A DNA stretch of 63,314 nucleotides, counting the filler. It is 3 parts of 3 records of this genome, joined end to end, with 100 filler letters (N's around TTAATTAATTAA, not from the genome) between each part and the next. Parts side by side here need not be neighbours in the genome. Positions count along the whole stretch, not along the records: positions 16,318 to 48,184 come from SRR31156797_1407; positions 48,285 to 63,314 come from SRR31156797_1427; 1 more part is not named here. One strand, given 5' to 3'. Every line of letters begins with the position of its first letter. The stretch's first letter is position 1. The position numbers were made by a program, and so were the translations under genes. This document shows positions 38,775-48,710 of this stretch, one piece after another. Below the pieces are notes generated by a model that was given only the letters and a program-made list of their open reading frames with translations, did no database searches and had not been told where the DNA came from.

Positions 38775-39917
38775 TTATACACCACTCACTGTCTTTTGAA
38801 TTGCATCTACAGCTTCAATTAATTCATTTATTTCTTCTTCTGTGGTAAAGTCAGAGATACTGACCCGAACTGTTCCAATTTCTCTTGTTCCCAGCTTATC
38901 ATGAATAAGCGGTGCACAATGAATACCTGCTCTTACGATGATATTATAACTATTACTTAAAATAAATGCAACATCCGTAGATTTCAATCCAATTATATTA
39001 AAGCTAATGACTGGACCGTGATTCTCTAATTTGTCCCCATATACTTTGACATTTTCCATGCTTAAAAATTCATCATATACTTTCTTAATCAGATAATTCT
39101 CCTTGTTGATTATATTGATAAGACCTCGCTCCAGAATATAGCCGACACCTGCATCAAGTGCTGCAGCTCCAGATGCATTTTGTGTTCCTACTTCATATTC
39201 ATAATTACCATTTTCATACGTAAGCTGCAGGCTGTTTTTACCTGTACCTCCATAACGAAACGGAAGGAGTTCGATGCCTTTTTTCACATAATATCCGCCG
39301 GTTCCCTGAACGCCAAATAGGCTTTTGTGACCAGTAAATACAAGAATATCTATACCCCAATCATCTGTTTTAATAGGTGCACAGCCTGCACTTTGAGAAG
39401 CATCTACAACGAATATCAGATTATGCTTCTGTGCAATTTCCCCAATTACTTCAATATCCTGAACCACGCCAGTGACATTAGAGCAATGATTAACAATTAT
39501 TGCTCCTGTGTCTTTGGTTATCATAGATTCTATTGACAAGGGTTCTACTCTGCCGCTTACATCACAAGATACAATGGTTACATCCTCTTTGTTATAAACA
39601 TTCAGTAAGGGTCTTAGGACGCTGTTATGCTCTGTCTGAGTGGTTATTATTTGTTTACCAGATAAATTCAATCCATTAATAATGGCATTTAGTGCATCTG
39701 TTGCACCAAAAGAAAAAAAGATTCTTTTAGTATCAGATATCTGCAAGAGTTCTCCTAGTTTACTGCGACAGGAATCAAAAATATTATTATCATCTACAAA
39801 GCCAGTACCTCTGTATTGAGCAAATGGAGGTGCTGTTAAAGCCGCAGTATGTGCATCAATCACACACTGCGGCTTTGGATATGAGGTTGCGGAATTATTT
39901 AGATATATCATGCTCAC
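38775..39917 (-). CDS. Cysteine desulfurase-family class V PLP enzyme (SufS-type)
   Basis: YLNNSATSYPKP, EHNSVLRP, DASQSAG, FTGHK (PLP Lys) and RAGIHCAP (catalytic Cys). Confidence 0.9.
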   Translation of the reverse strand: MSMIYLNNSATSYPKPQCVIDAHTAALTAPPFAQYRGTGFVDDNNIFDSCRSKLGELLQISDTKRIFFSFGATDALNAIINGLNLSGKQIITTQTEHNSVLRPLLNVYNKEDVTIVSCDVSGRVEPLSIESMITKDTGAIIVNHCSNVTGVVQDIEVIGEIAQKHNLIFVVDASQSAGCAPIKTDDWGIDILVFTGHKSLFGVQGTGGYYVKKGIELLPFRYGGTGKNSLQLTYENGNYEYEVGTQNASGAAALDAGVGYILERGLINIINKENYLIKKVYDEFLSMENVKVYGDKLENHGPVISFNIIGLKSTDVAFILSNSYNIIVRAGIHCAPLIHDKLGTREIGTVRVSISDFTTEEEINELIEAVDAIQKTVSGV

Positions 39918-39940
39918 CTTCTCTTTAAATACTTTTTACG

Positions 39941-41308
39941 TTATCCTTCCAAAACATTGAATCCCATAATCTCAGAGATTATCTTCAATTGTTTCATATA
40001 ATCACCAAAAATCAATACCTGATGATGACCAAATCCAGCCAGATTGTGCATATAAGTTCTTGCATCATTCATTTTGATATAATAATAAGGGCTGCAGTAC
40101 AGTTCTTCATATTCTGAACGAATAACTTCTCCAACCTTTACACATACAGTATCGGCATTGGGATTAAATCTGGCAAGGGTTACGAAGTCGTCTTGGTTCT
40201 GCTCAAAGTCTACCTGTATTTTACCGCCGAAACCTTGTCCTGTAAATGCCCACAATTTATAATCTAAGGGCTTCGTTCCATAGCCATTCATGCAAAGTGC
40301 TGGTACAGCATGATGTATACGTAATAGCTCATCAGTCTCATAATTTGGATTTCCCATAAATGCTGGACGTTTTGCAGCATACTGCATAATTGTCATAGCA
40401 AGTAAAGCATTTAAATCCTCTTCACAGCCGCTTGGAATCCCTTCGTCTTTCAACAATGAATGGCAGACACACGGTGTGAATTTCCTTTGCTGAGGAATTT
40501 CAGATGTGCATAATTCATGACAAGTAGTAGAAAAAGCATTGCATTGATATACATCCATCATCTTCTTAGCAGCCAAATAGTATTTAATATCATTGATAAA
40601 CCAGTCTGTGTTTACTTTTGTTTCTTTTGAATTATTTATTATTTTATCAGCTGTCAATTTAGCTTCTTCGTCTGAAATTTCATCCATGTAAGGGAAAATA
40701 TCACGGAAAGGCAGTTTAACTATCTCCATTCCGTATTTTTGTCTGATTAGTTCAGGGTCTCTAATCAAGCTCTGAATTCCAAATGTTGGCTGACTTCCAG
40801 CAGTAAGTACCAACGCTCTTGTATTGGCAACAGCCTTTCTTACCCATAAAATATGAGCAATATCGTTAACATCCTGAACATCCATTGCAACATAGGCTTC
40901 TATTCCAATTGAACGGCAATAAGCAGCAAAGTCAATTCCTTCATTACCGTTTTGCATAATTACAATTGGTTTCCTGTATCTCTCAAGTTTTGGAATTCTC
41001 CAGTTCATACATAGAAAAAAATCAACTTTATCCAAGTCTTTCTCAATCTCAGCATATGAGTCTTCTCCAACTACGAATTTTTCATCATATCGTACATCTA
41101 TTGCATCGAGAAATTCAACTTCCTCGGTAACGTCTTTTAGCTGTTCTTTTGCTAATTGAAACAACCTATCTGCCGCTTTTGTCTCTGCCTCTACAGTCAT
41201 ATCCTCCATGCGTCCCGCACGACAAGGCCCCTCCCAAAAGTGTGTGTGTGTTAAACAGCCGATAATTGGTCTTACAATTAGTTTGGTATCCATAGCCTTT
41301 TCTTTCAT
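39941..41308 (-). CDS. L-fucose/L-arabinose isomerase-like protein
   Basis: GIPSGCEEDLNALL, RIHH and GHHQVL motifs; GGAGG RBS before ATG 41308. Confidence 0.7.
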   Translation of the reverse strand: MKEKAMDTKLIVRPIIGCLTHTHFWEGPCRAGRMEDMTVEAETKAADRLFQLAKEQLKDVTEEVEFLDAIDVRYDEKFVVGEDSYAEIEKDLDKVDFFLCMNWRIPKLERYRKPIVIMQNGNEGIDFAAYCRSIGIEAYVAMDVQDVNDIAHILWVRKAVANTRALVLTAGSQPTFGIQSLIRDPELIRQKYGMEIVKLPFRDIFPYMDEISDEEAKLTADKIINNSKETKVNTDWFINDIKYYLAAKKMMDVYQCNAFSTTCHELCTSEIPQQRKFTPCVCHSLLKDEGIPSGCEEDLNALLAMTIMQYAAKRPAFMGNPNYETDELLRIHHAVPALCMNGYGTKPLDYKLWAFTGQGFGGKIQVDFEQNQDDFVTLARFNPNADTVCVKVGEVIRSEYEELYCSPYYYIKMNDARTYMHNLAGFGHHQVLIFGDYMKQLKIISEIMGFNVLEG

Positions 41309-41723
41309 AAATACTTCCTCCAAATTAAAATAATATAAAAAAAGACTATCACATTATCAGCATAATTTCGTGTACTATTATGCAATTCATATGTATTATT
41401 TTATTTTTCACGCGCATATGATAGTCTGTATAAACGCTATATCGGTAACATAGGGTGTCAAAAATCTGTATATTCCCCAAAAGCGAAAATAATTTGCAAT
41501 ATAAAATGCTATTTCAGAGATATCTATCCTATACACTGCTTAATTCATAATTTCATATTTTGAGGATACATCAAAATTATTATAAATTATTTATTGTGAT
41601 TAGTTGATAGAAACAATTCATACAGTATTATATAATTTAATACATTGAAAAAGACAAGATTTAACATCCTGTCTCTTCTATTCATATAGAATTAAACCAT
41701 TATGAATCTTTGAAGTATACTAA

Positions 41724-41906
41724 TTAGATACCTTTCATTGCAACAGATGCTGTTAAAAGCAAGAATGCTGCTAGTAATACACCATAAGCTGCATAAACAA
41801 GCCATGCTGGGCCTACGAAAAACTGAACGATAAAAGCTACTACTGCTACTATTGCAATAATCATGCAAATGTTAAATACTTTCTTTTTTGGTTGTGATAA
41901 ATTCAT
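41724..41906 (-). CDS. Small two-TM membrane protein (60 aa)
   Basis: AAGGAG RBS; two hydrophobic segments; hairpin at about 41651-41676 downstream. Confidence 0.7.
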   Translation of the reverse strand: MNLSQPKKKVFNICMIIAIVAVVAFIVQFFVGPAWLVYAAYGVLLAAFLLLTASVAMKGI

Positions 41907-42117
41907 TATAAATCTCCTTATAAAATTAATATTTATGTATACATAATACTACATATATATATATATGTCTACATTTTTGTCAAGTTTAGTTAACATCTTT
42001 GCCAAATTTCATTAAATATTGTCATAATTATCTATAATTAAGAACTAATAATTAGGCATTTATTGTTGAAATATGAACAAATATATTATAAAATGTTGAA
42101 TAGATACGGAGGAAGAA

Positions 42118-42252
42118 ATGCAAAAAAATACTAAAAAACCATCAAAACATCAAAAGAAAATACAGAGACGTAAAACAATCATTTTTAGTATAATAGCTGG
42201 AATATTTGTTTTAACTACGGTTCTGTCAATAATCCTGTCTGCAGTTTATTAA
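42118..42252 (+). CDS. Small basic tail-anchored membrane protein (44 aa, DUF4044/Prli42-like architecture)
   Basis: GGAGG RBS; MQKNTKKPSKHQKKIQRRKTIIFSIIAGIFVLTTVLSIILSAVY; terminator follows; absent from the ORF track. Confidence 0.75.
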   Translation: MQKNTKKPSKHQKKIQRRKTIIFSIIAGIFVLTTVLSIILSAVY

Positions 42253-42269
42253 TTATTACAGATAAAAAA

Positions 42270-42291
42270 GCCCATTTCTAAATAAATGGGC
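42270..42291. terminator. Terminator between the small ORF and the YfcC-family gene
   Basis: GCCCATTT / AAATGGGC stem with an A-tract on the left. Confidence 0.65.
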
Positions 42292-42301
42292 AAATTCTTA
42301 T

Positions 42302-43720
42302 CTAAAACGGTCCATATCCTATTAGTACTGCTATCTCTAAGAATATCAGGCAAACAATAGTGATAATTATCTCAAGCTTAATAAACCATTTAAACCATTT
42401 GGCATAACCAACACCTGCTAATCCCAAGCCAATTAAAAGCACGGCATTAGTTGGGAAGAGCACATTGGAGAAACCATCTCCAAACTGAAATGCCAGCACC
42501 ATAATCTGTCTGTTTACGCCAACAATATCTGATAGAGGAACAATTAGAGGCATAATCAAAAATGCCTTCGCACTTCCTGACCCTATCAAAAAGTTCAGTG
42601 CAAAAACAACAAAGAAAATCAAAAGCACTGCAAGGTAAGGACTCTTACCATTAATTGCATTTGCTACATTGTATAATATAGTATCCATTACTCCAGCTGA
42701 ATAAATAATATGCTTAACACTAGAAGCCATAAGTATAAGAATAATTGCAGGTGCTATATCCAGTATACCTTTACCAAAGTGCTTTGCTACACCTTTTACG
42801 CCAAGTCCTGCAAAAAGACCTGCACCAACACCTCCGATTAAGAATATCACTCCAACAAGAGGCATTGCATAGTCGGATATACCATCTATAAAGGAACCAA
42901 GAATCAGCATAACTATAAGTATTATAATCATCAAAGCAAACCATCTGACCGCTTTACTTAGCTTCCTATCTTCAGAATATCTGTCATATTCCTTCATTTT
43001 GCTTTCCATATCAGTGCTGTTTTTCTTCTCTATCTTCTTTGCATATTTTACAAGGAAGAATAAAAGAATACTGTAGATAACAACAAATACAATTATCCTA
43101 AACCATGTTCCTGAGAATATAGGAAGCTGTGATAATTCCTGTGCAACTCCAATGGTAAATGGATTAGTTATCGCCGCAGAGAAACCAAAGCCTGCCCCTA
43201 AAAGTGTTAATCCAAGACCTACATATTCATCCCATCCAAGACATACACACAGAGCAATTACAATAGGTATTAGTGGTACTACTTCCTCAAACATACCGAT
43301 TAGTGCACCAAAAGACATAAATACCAGAAGCATTATTCCCAGAAGAAGATACTTTTTCTCACCAAATCTCTTTACTATCTTACCAATTACGGCATTTAGC
43401 ACATTGGAATGATTAAGAATATTAATACTTCCGCCAATGAACAAAAGAAATATAATGATTACAATAATTATTAATCCATCATCGCTTCCTAATACTTCAA
43501 TTGGTGCCGTAAACCATTTGTAAACCGGCAGCTTGTCTCTCTCTACAAACGCAAACGAATCGTTTACTATTACCTCTCTGTCATCTACAGTTTGTCTCTC
43601 ATATTCACCAGCCGGAATAATCTGCGTCAATATTCCTACAAATATCATTAGTGTCAGCAGTATAGCAAATGCTACTATAAATGATCTTTTGCTGATTGTA
43701 GCTGAATTGTTAGTACTCAT
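42302..43720 (-). CDS. YfcC/DcuC-like (ArcD-related) transporter
   Basis: IPAGEYER, NPFTIGVAQ, GSGSAKA and AFQFGDGFSN motifs. Confidence 0.88.
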   Translation of the reverse strand: MSTNNSATISKRSFIVAFAILLTLMIFVGILTQIIPAGEYERQTVDDREVIVNDSFAFVERDKLPVYKWFTAPIEVLGSDDGLIIIVIIIFLLFIGGSINILNHSNVLNAVIGKIVKRFGEKKYLLLGIMLLVFMSFGALIGMFEEVVPLIPIVIALCVCLGWDEYVGLGLTLLGAGFGFSAAITNPFTIGVAQELSQLPIFSGTWFRIIVFVVIYSILLFFLVKYAKKIEKKNSTDMESKMKEYDRYSEDRKLSKAVRWFALMIIILIVMLILGSFIDGISDYAMPLVGVIFLIGGVGAGLFAGLGVKGVAKHFGKGILDIAPAIILILMASSVKHIIYSAGVMDTILYNVANAINGKSPYLAVLLIFFVVFALNFLIGSGSAKAFLIMPLIVPLSDIVGVNRQIMVLAFQFGDGFSNVLFPTNAVLLIGLGLAGVGYAKWFKWFIKLEIIITIVCLIFLEIAVLIGYGPF

Positions 43721-43739
43721 ATCCTCTTCCTTTCTCCTG

Positions 43740-44114
43740 TTATCTCTTTTGGGGTACTATCTCTATCCAGTATTCATCCGGATCTTCTATAAAATATATT
43801 CCCATCTTCTTATTTTCATAGCATACGCAGCCCATCTCTTTGTGTTTTTTCAAAGCTGCCTCATAATCATCTACATGAAATGCAAGATGAAATTCACCTT
43901 CTCCTAAATCATACTTTTCTTTTCTGTCCTTTAGCCATGTTAATTCTAAGGTAAATGGTGAGCCATAATCATCGCCTAAAAATGCCAGAATAAATTCGCC
44001 GTTATCTGCTACCTTCCTGCGGACTTCAGTCAAGTTCAGAGCTTCTTTGTAAAATGCAAGTGATTTCTCCAAGTCATAGACATTAAAATTATAGTGATAG
44101 AATTTGTATTTCAT
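43740..44114 (-). CDS. gloA: Lactoylglutathione lyase (glyoxalase I, VOC)
   Basis: HYNFNVYDLEKSLAFY, LELTW, HLAF and FIEDPDEYWIE motifs. Confidence 0.85.
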   Translation of the reverse strand: MKYKFYHYNFNVYDLEKSLAFYKEALNLTEVRRKVADNGEFILAFLGDDYGSPFTLELTWLKDRKEKYDLGEGEFHLAFHVDDYEAALKKHKEMGCVCYENKKMGIYFIEDPDEYWIEIVPQKR

Positions 44115-44300
44115 AATACGCTCCTTTTAATATGCATATAGTTATAAATTAGTCGTGCTGCACATATCTGCTAATGTAAGCTTTGTCAGTAATTTTCATT
44201 CCTTATAAAATTAATAATAATGTATAAATATTAATTCATGATTTATCATAGCAGATTATTGTGAAAAAACCAAATGTTTTGTACCCAATATTCAATTAGA

Positions 44301-44330
44301 GCATAATCTTTTACTCACATGTGCAGAATA
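44301..44330 (+). promoter_or_regulatory. sigmaF/sigmaG-type promoter of gpr
   Basis: GCATA-15 nt-GTGCAGAATA, close to the GYATA-N15-GGnnAnAnTR consensus. Confidence 0.5.
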
Positions 44331-44360
44331 TATTAGATATTGTTTATAAGGAGAAATCAA

Positions 44361-45266
44361 ATGGATTTACAGCACAATATGAGAACAGATCTTGCGATGG
44401 AAGCAAATGAATACCTAGCAAGAGAAAACAAAACCCCAACAGATGGAATAGTATGCAGAAAAGGAGAGGAGTGTCTCGGTGTTGATACAGACATAGTAGA
44501 GGTTACAACGCCTGAAGCATCCAAACTTCTGGGAAAAGAGATGGGACAATATATCACATTTTCATCAGATGCAATAATCAATCGTGATGTGGATATATTT
44601 AAAAATATTAGTAAATGCATTGCAGATACTATGACAAACTTGCTTAATGATACCCATAAACAGCAGGGAATACTAGTAGTTGGTCTGGGTAACAGATATA
44701 TGACCGCCGATTCATTGGGACCAAAAGTAGTGGAAAAGACAATGGTCACACGCCATATAATGAACATAATGCCTGATAAAGTAGACAGCCGACTACGGCC
44801 TGTTTCCGCTATCGCACCGGGAGTTATGGGAGTTACAGGAATAGAAACCAGCGAAGTTATCGAGTCCTTAGTAGAGAAAATTAATCCCGGAGCTATTATC
44901 GCTATAGATGCCCTGTCTGCTATGTCCGTAGAGAGAATCTGCTCAACCATTCAGGTAGCAAATACAGGCATCAGTCCCGGCTCTGGTGTAGGAAACAAGA
45001 AAAAGGCTCTGAACAAAGAAACTCTGGGAATACCAGTAATCGCAATCGGAGCACCAACGGTAGTATACGCTACCACCATTGTACAGGAAACTGCAAAGGG
45101 AAGTATATATAATCAGGAAAAAATGCAGGAAATAGAAAACATGATTGTAACACCTCGTGAAATTGATGTTGCTATAGACGATATTGCCTCTATAATTGCT
45201 CTTGCACTAAATCTATTAATTCACAAAGGTATTAATGCTGAGCAGGTAGAAACCTTTTTGAACTAA
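44361..45266 (+). CDS. gpr: Spore germination protease GPR
   Basis: RTDLA, GLGN..TADSLGP, PGVMGVTGIET, IDAL and GISPGSGVGN motifs; RBS before ATG 44361. Confidence 0.95.
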   Translation: MDLQHNMRTDLAMEANEYLARENKTPTDGIVCRKGEECLGVDTDIVEVTTPEASKLLGKEMGQYITFSSDAIINRDVDIFKNISKCIADTMTNLLNDTHKQQGILVVGLGNRYMTADSLGPKVVEKTMVTRHIMNIMPDKVDSRLRPVSAIAPGVMGVTGIETSEVIESLVEKINPGAIIAIDALSAMSVERICSTIQVANTGISPGSGVGNKKKALNKETLGIPVIAIGAPTVVYATTIVQETAKGSIYNQEKMQEIENMIVTPREIDVAIDDIASIIALALNLLIHKGINAEQVETFLN

Positions 45267-45319
45267 AACTAGTTATATTCCGCTTGTCTATGAATATACA
45301 TTACTAAGCGGAGGTATGT

Positions 45320-46216
45320 ATGCATAGCTTTTCACTAGCAAAGAAATCAAAGGCCGCCTATATATTGGTAATGATTTTTTTGCTGATAATTATAATAGGC
45401 TTGATTGGCAGCATTTATTCAAAACAGCAGGAATCATCAGTCTATAACGAAGATGATATTCCTGCTGTAAGTCTTGAGATAGATAGCACTGACAGTACAG
45501 ATACTCCAGATGATTATTCTGCGGATATCCCTATAATAAAGGCCAGACTTTCTACATCAGTGAACTCCACCTTAAGCTCTGCTACAACTCCCAGCATAGT
45601 TATTTACCATACTCATGACTGCGAAGCATACAAAATGACCAGCGAAAACAAATATGAAGAAACAGCAGAGGCCAGAACCAATGATCAGAATTATTCTGTA
45701 GTACGGGTTGGAAAAGAACTGCTGTATCAGCTGGACTTTCAGTTCGGTATTAAAGGTATACAGGATACAACCTGTCATGAGAATCCTGATTTCTCTACTG
45801 CATATTCTCGTTCTCTGGTTACTGCCAGCTTATACGCCAATGAATATAATAATGCAGTAATTCTGGATATTCATCGAGACGCTTATACGAAGAACGCATG
45901 GAATCCAAGATATGTAGTCATTAACGGCAAAAAGGTTGCACGAATAATGATTGTAATAGGAAAAGGCGAAGGCTACGAGGATAAACCTGACTACGAAACA
46001 AATCTAATGTATGCTAATGAGTTAACTGCCAATCTTAATAAAATTCACCCAGATTTAGCAAAACAGGTAAAGATAAAAAACGGACGCTACAATCAGCATT
46101 TATCCACCAAATGTATGCTGATCGAAGTGGGTCATCATTACAATACTCTGGAAGAAGCAATTGCAGCAACAGAGTATCTGGCACAGGCGATTAACGAAAC
46201 TTTCTTTGCTCAATAG
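45320..46216 (+). CDS. spoIIP: Stage II sporulation protein P
   Basis: IYHTHDCEAY, AYSRS, DIHRDA, RYNQHL and LIEVG motifs; follows gpr. Confidence 0.93.
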   Translation: MHSFSLAKKSKAAYILVMIFLLIIIIGLIGSIYSKQQESSVYNEDDIPAVSLEIDSTDSTDTPDDYSADIPIIKARLSTSVNSTLSSATTPSIVIYHTHDCEAYKMTSENKYEETAEARTNDQNYSVVRVGKELLYQLDFQFGIKGIQDTTCHENPDFSTAYSRSLVTASLYANEYNNAVILDIHRDAYTKNAWNPRYVVINGKKVARIMIVIGKGEGYEDKPDYETNLMYANELTANLNKIHPDLAKQVKIKNGRYNQHLSTKCMLIEVGHHYNTLEEAIAATEYLAQAINETFFAQ

Positions 46217-46263
46217 TTTGCATATGAGAATAATTAATCGTATAATCAAATGATAAATATATA

Positions 46264-47148
46264 ATGCTCAAGATGCATAGATACGAGGATATCGCTATGT
46301 GGGAAAGACTAGACAACGAAGACACAAAGAAGTTAATTGAATATTTAAAAGTGCATTCCCCAAACACGTGTAATATATTGTCAAACGTGAAACATATTGG
46401 CGTAAGCTACAACCCTTTTCAGTTTCGCACCGGATATTATTATGTTTACAAGGATAGTGAAAATATAAAAGGACTGGTTGTAATCTACAACGACGGAAAT
46501 GCATTTGTCCATATTTCAGATAACAAAGCTAAACAGGGAGCACAGAATATATTGATACAAACCAGGTATCATTCTGTGTGGGGGCTGTCGGAATGGCTGC
46601 CGGATATCAAAATACTGGAATATCATATAAAAAATAAATTCGACTCAAGGGAGCTTGTTACAATGGTAAGAGATAAGGATACTCCTCTGCCTGAAACCAG
46701 CAGAAAGCTTATACGCATTGATAACAAATTTTATCTAAATAAATACATACCATTTATACGAAAATGCCTGTACGAGGGCTTTGGCTTCAAACCTCTCGCA
46801 ATTGATATAAAGAAGCGTATGCGTGAGAGAACACCAAAAGAACCTTACTATTTACTCTACGATTATGATGCACCAGTATCGCAGGTGCATATTCAGTCTG
46901 TTACCGATGAATACGGATACATTGCCGGTGTATGTACACCGAGAATATATAGGCGCAATGGCTATGCCAGAGAAATAACATCCTATGCATGTAAATATGT
47001 AGAATCTTTAGGGCTGAAATCTGCACTAACAGTCAGCGTTACCAATACAGCTGCCATTAAAATGTACAAAGAGATTGGATTTGTTGATGCAGACACAATT
47101 GTAGTCTATATGAAACACAGAGAATTTGCAGGTGATGAGAATGCTTAG
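46264..47148 (+). CDS. GNAT N-acetyltransferase
   Basis: GVCTPRIYRRNGYA and NTAAIKMYKEIGF motifs. Confidence 0.8.
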   Translation: MLKMHRYEDIAMWERLDNEDTKKLIEYLKVHSPNTCNILSNVKHIGVSYNPFQFRTGYYYVYKDSENIKGLVVIYNDGNAFVHISDNKAKQGAQNILIQTRYHSVWGLSEWLPDIKILEYHIKNKFDSRELVTMVRDKDTPLPETSRKLIRIDNKFYLNKYIPFIRKCLYEGFGFKPLAIDIKKRMRERTPKEPYYLLYDYDAPVSQVHIQSVTDEYGYIAGVCTPRIYRRNGYAREITSYACKYVESLGLKSALTVSVTNTAAIKMYKEIGFVDADTIVVYMKHREFAGDENA

Positions 47149-47150
47149 TA

Positions 47151-48149
47151 TTATTTGGTTGAATTTCTCTCAATAAATTCTACAGGTACAATGACCTGCC
47201 TATTGTCCTTACTCTTATTCTCGATAAGATCAATTAAAGTATTTACAGCTTCAATACCAATCTGATTTGTATCCTGTTTAACAGTTGTCAGGCTTGGCTC
47301 TATCAGCGCACCAAGCTCAATACCATCATATCCAACTACTGCAATATCCGAAGGAACCATGTATCCTAATTCCTTTAATGCTCTTATTCCGCCTATGGCA
47401 GAATAATCATCAGGATAGATAATAGCAGTTGGTATCAACTTATTGTTTTCAAAGTATTCTTTTGTCTTTTTATATGAAGAAGACTTAGAGTAATATATAC
47501 CTTCCAGAGTTTTTGCATTGCTTATATCTAATTCTTTACACCTATCAATAAAGGATTGCACCCGGTGAGTAGTAACATCACACGGCTCTCCGTGGATGTA
47601 GAGCAAATCCCTGAATCCCTTTTGGTGCAGATAATCGACAATCTTCTTCATACCATCAATATTATCACTGGATATTACACCGCATTTTTCAAAGTCGTGG
47701 TCGATTACCACAACAGGAAGAGAGCTCCCTATTAGTTCATGTACTGATGGGGACTGAAAATCTATACACGCAACTATAACACCATCACAGCGTCTGTATT
47801 TGGCATGTTCAAGGTAACTGGTCTCTTTCCCTCCGATATTCTCTGAAATAAAAGTAACATCATATCCATAAGTTTCTGCCTGATCCTTTATACTGTTTAG
47901 AACCTGAGAAAACATATAATGAGTCAGTCCGCTGTGGTGAGCATCAACAGAAACTATACCTATATTCCATGTTTTCTTTGTAGACAAAGCAACTGCTTGT
48001 GAATTAGGTGAATACCCCATTTCCTTTGCAGCTTTTTGAATCAATTCTCGTGTTTTTTTACTAATATCAGATTTATTGTTCAGTGCCTTTGACACAGTGG
48101 CCGGCGTATAGCCTAATTTCTTTGCTATATCATATATGGTTATATTCAT
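47151..48149 (-). CDS. LacI-family transcriptional regulator
   Basis: TIYDIAK..TVSKALN HTH; VVGYDG..PSLTTVKQ. Confidence 0.95.
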   Translation of the reverse strand: MNITIYDIAKKLGYTPATVSKALNNKSDISKKTRELIQKAAKEMGYSPNSQAVALSTKKTWNIGIVSVDAHHSGLTHYMFSQVLNSIKDQAETYGYDVTFISENIGGKETSYLEHAKYRRCDGVIVACIDFQSPSVHELIGSSLPVVVIDHDFEKCGVISSDNIDGMKKIVDYLHQKGFRDLLYIHGEPCDVTTHRVQSFIDRCKELDISNAKTLEGIYYSKSSSYKKTKEYFENNKLIPTAIIYPDDYSAIGGIRALKELGYMVPSDIAVVGYDGIELGALIEPSLTTVKQDTNQIGIEAVNTLIDLIENKSKDNRQVIVPVEFIERNSTK

Positions 48150-48184
48150 ATATTCTCCTTGTATTATATACTTAGCTGGAAACA

Positions 48185-48284
48185 NNNNNNNNNNNNNNNN
48201 NNNNNNNNNNNNNNNNNNNNNNNNNNNNTTAATTAATTAANNNNNNNNNNNNNNNNNNNNNNNNNNNNNNNNNNNNNNNNNNNN
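48185..48284. other. Artificial contig linker
   Basis: N44-TTAATTAATTAA-N44; abrupt rise in GC content afterwards. Confidence 0.97.
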
Positions 48285-48710
48285 CGGGATTACACTGGTG
48301 AGATAGATCCAGGCCGCCATGACGCCGGTTCGTGGGTTAAAGAATTTTTTCCCCAACCCCATAATCAGCAGGATGGTCAGAAACCCCGCCACCGCCGGTA
48401 CCAGACGAACCGCCCATTCCTTTTGACCGAAAAGCGCCATGCTCCCTGCGGTGATCCAATAGAAAAGAGGGGGTTTTTCAAAGTATTTCACGTAGTTGAG
48501 CCTGGGGGTTATGAAATCGCCGCTTTCCAGCATTTCGCGGGGAATTTCAGCGTAACGTCCTTCATCAGGGTCCAGCAGCGGATAACTGCCGAGGCCCGAG
48601 AAATACAAGACCATAGCCGTTGCCAGCACGCCTATGGTGGCCGGTATAATACTCTTTTTTTTGCCGAAAAATGTTTTTTCCCGTGGGCTGTTATGGTTCA
48701 CTTCCGACAT
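48285..48710 (-). CDS. ArnT-family glycosyltransferase, N-terminal part (cut by contig end)
   Basis: DPDEGRYAEIPREM and YFEKPPLFYW motifs. Confidence 0.88.

Noticed and set aside
41951..41968. (AT)n run forming a palindrome
   Set aside because: Simple low-complexity sequence in AT-rich DNA.
44149..44199. 16-aa upstream ORF or fluoride-riboswitch-like start before gloA
   Set aside because: AAGGA abuts the ATG with no spacing, and the riboswitch pseudoknot elements are absent.
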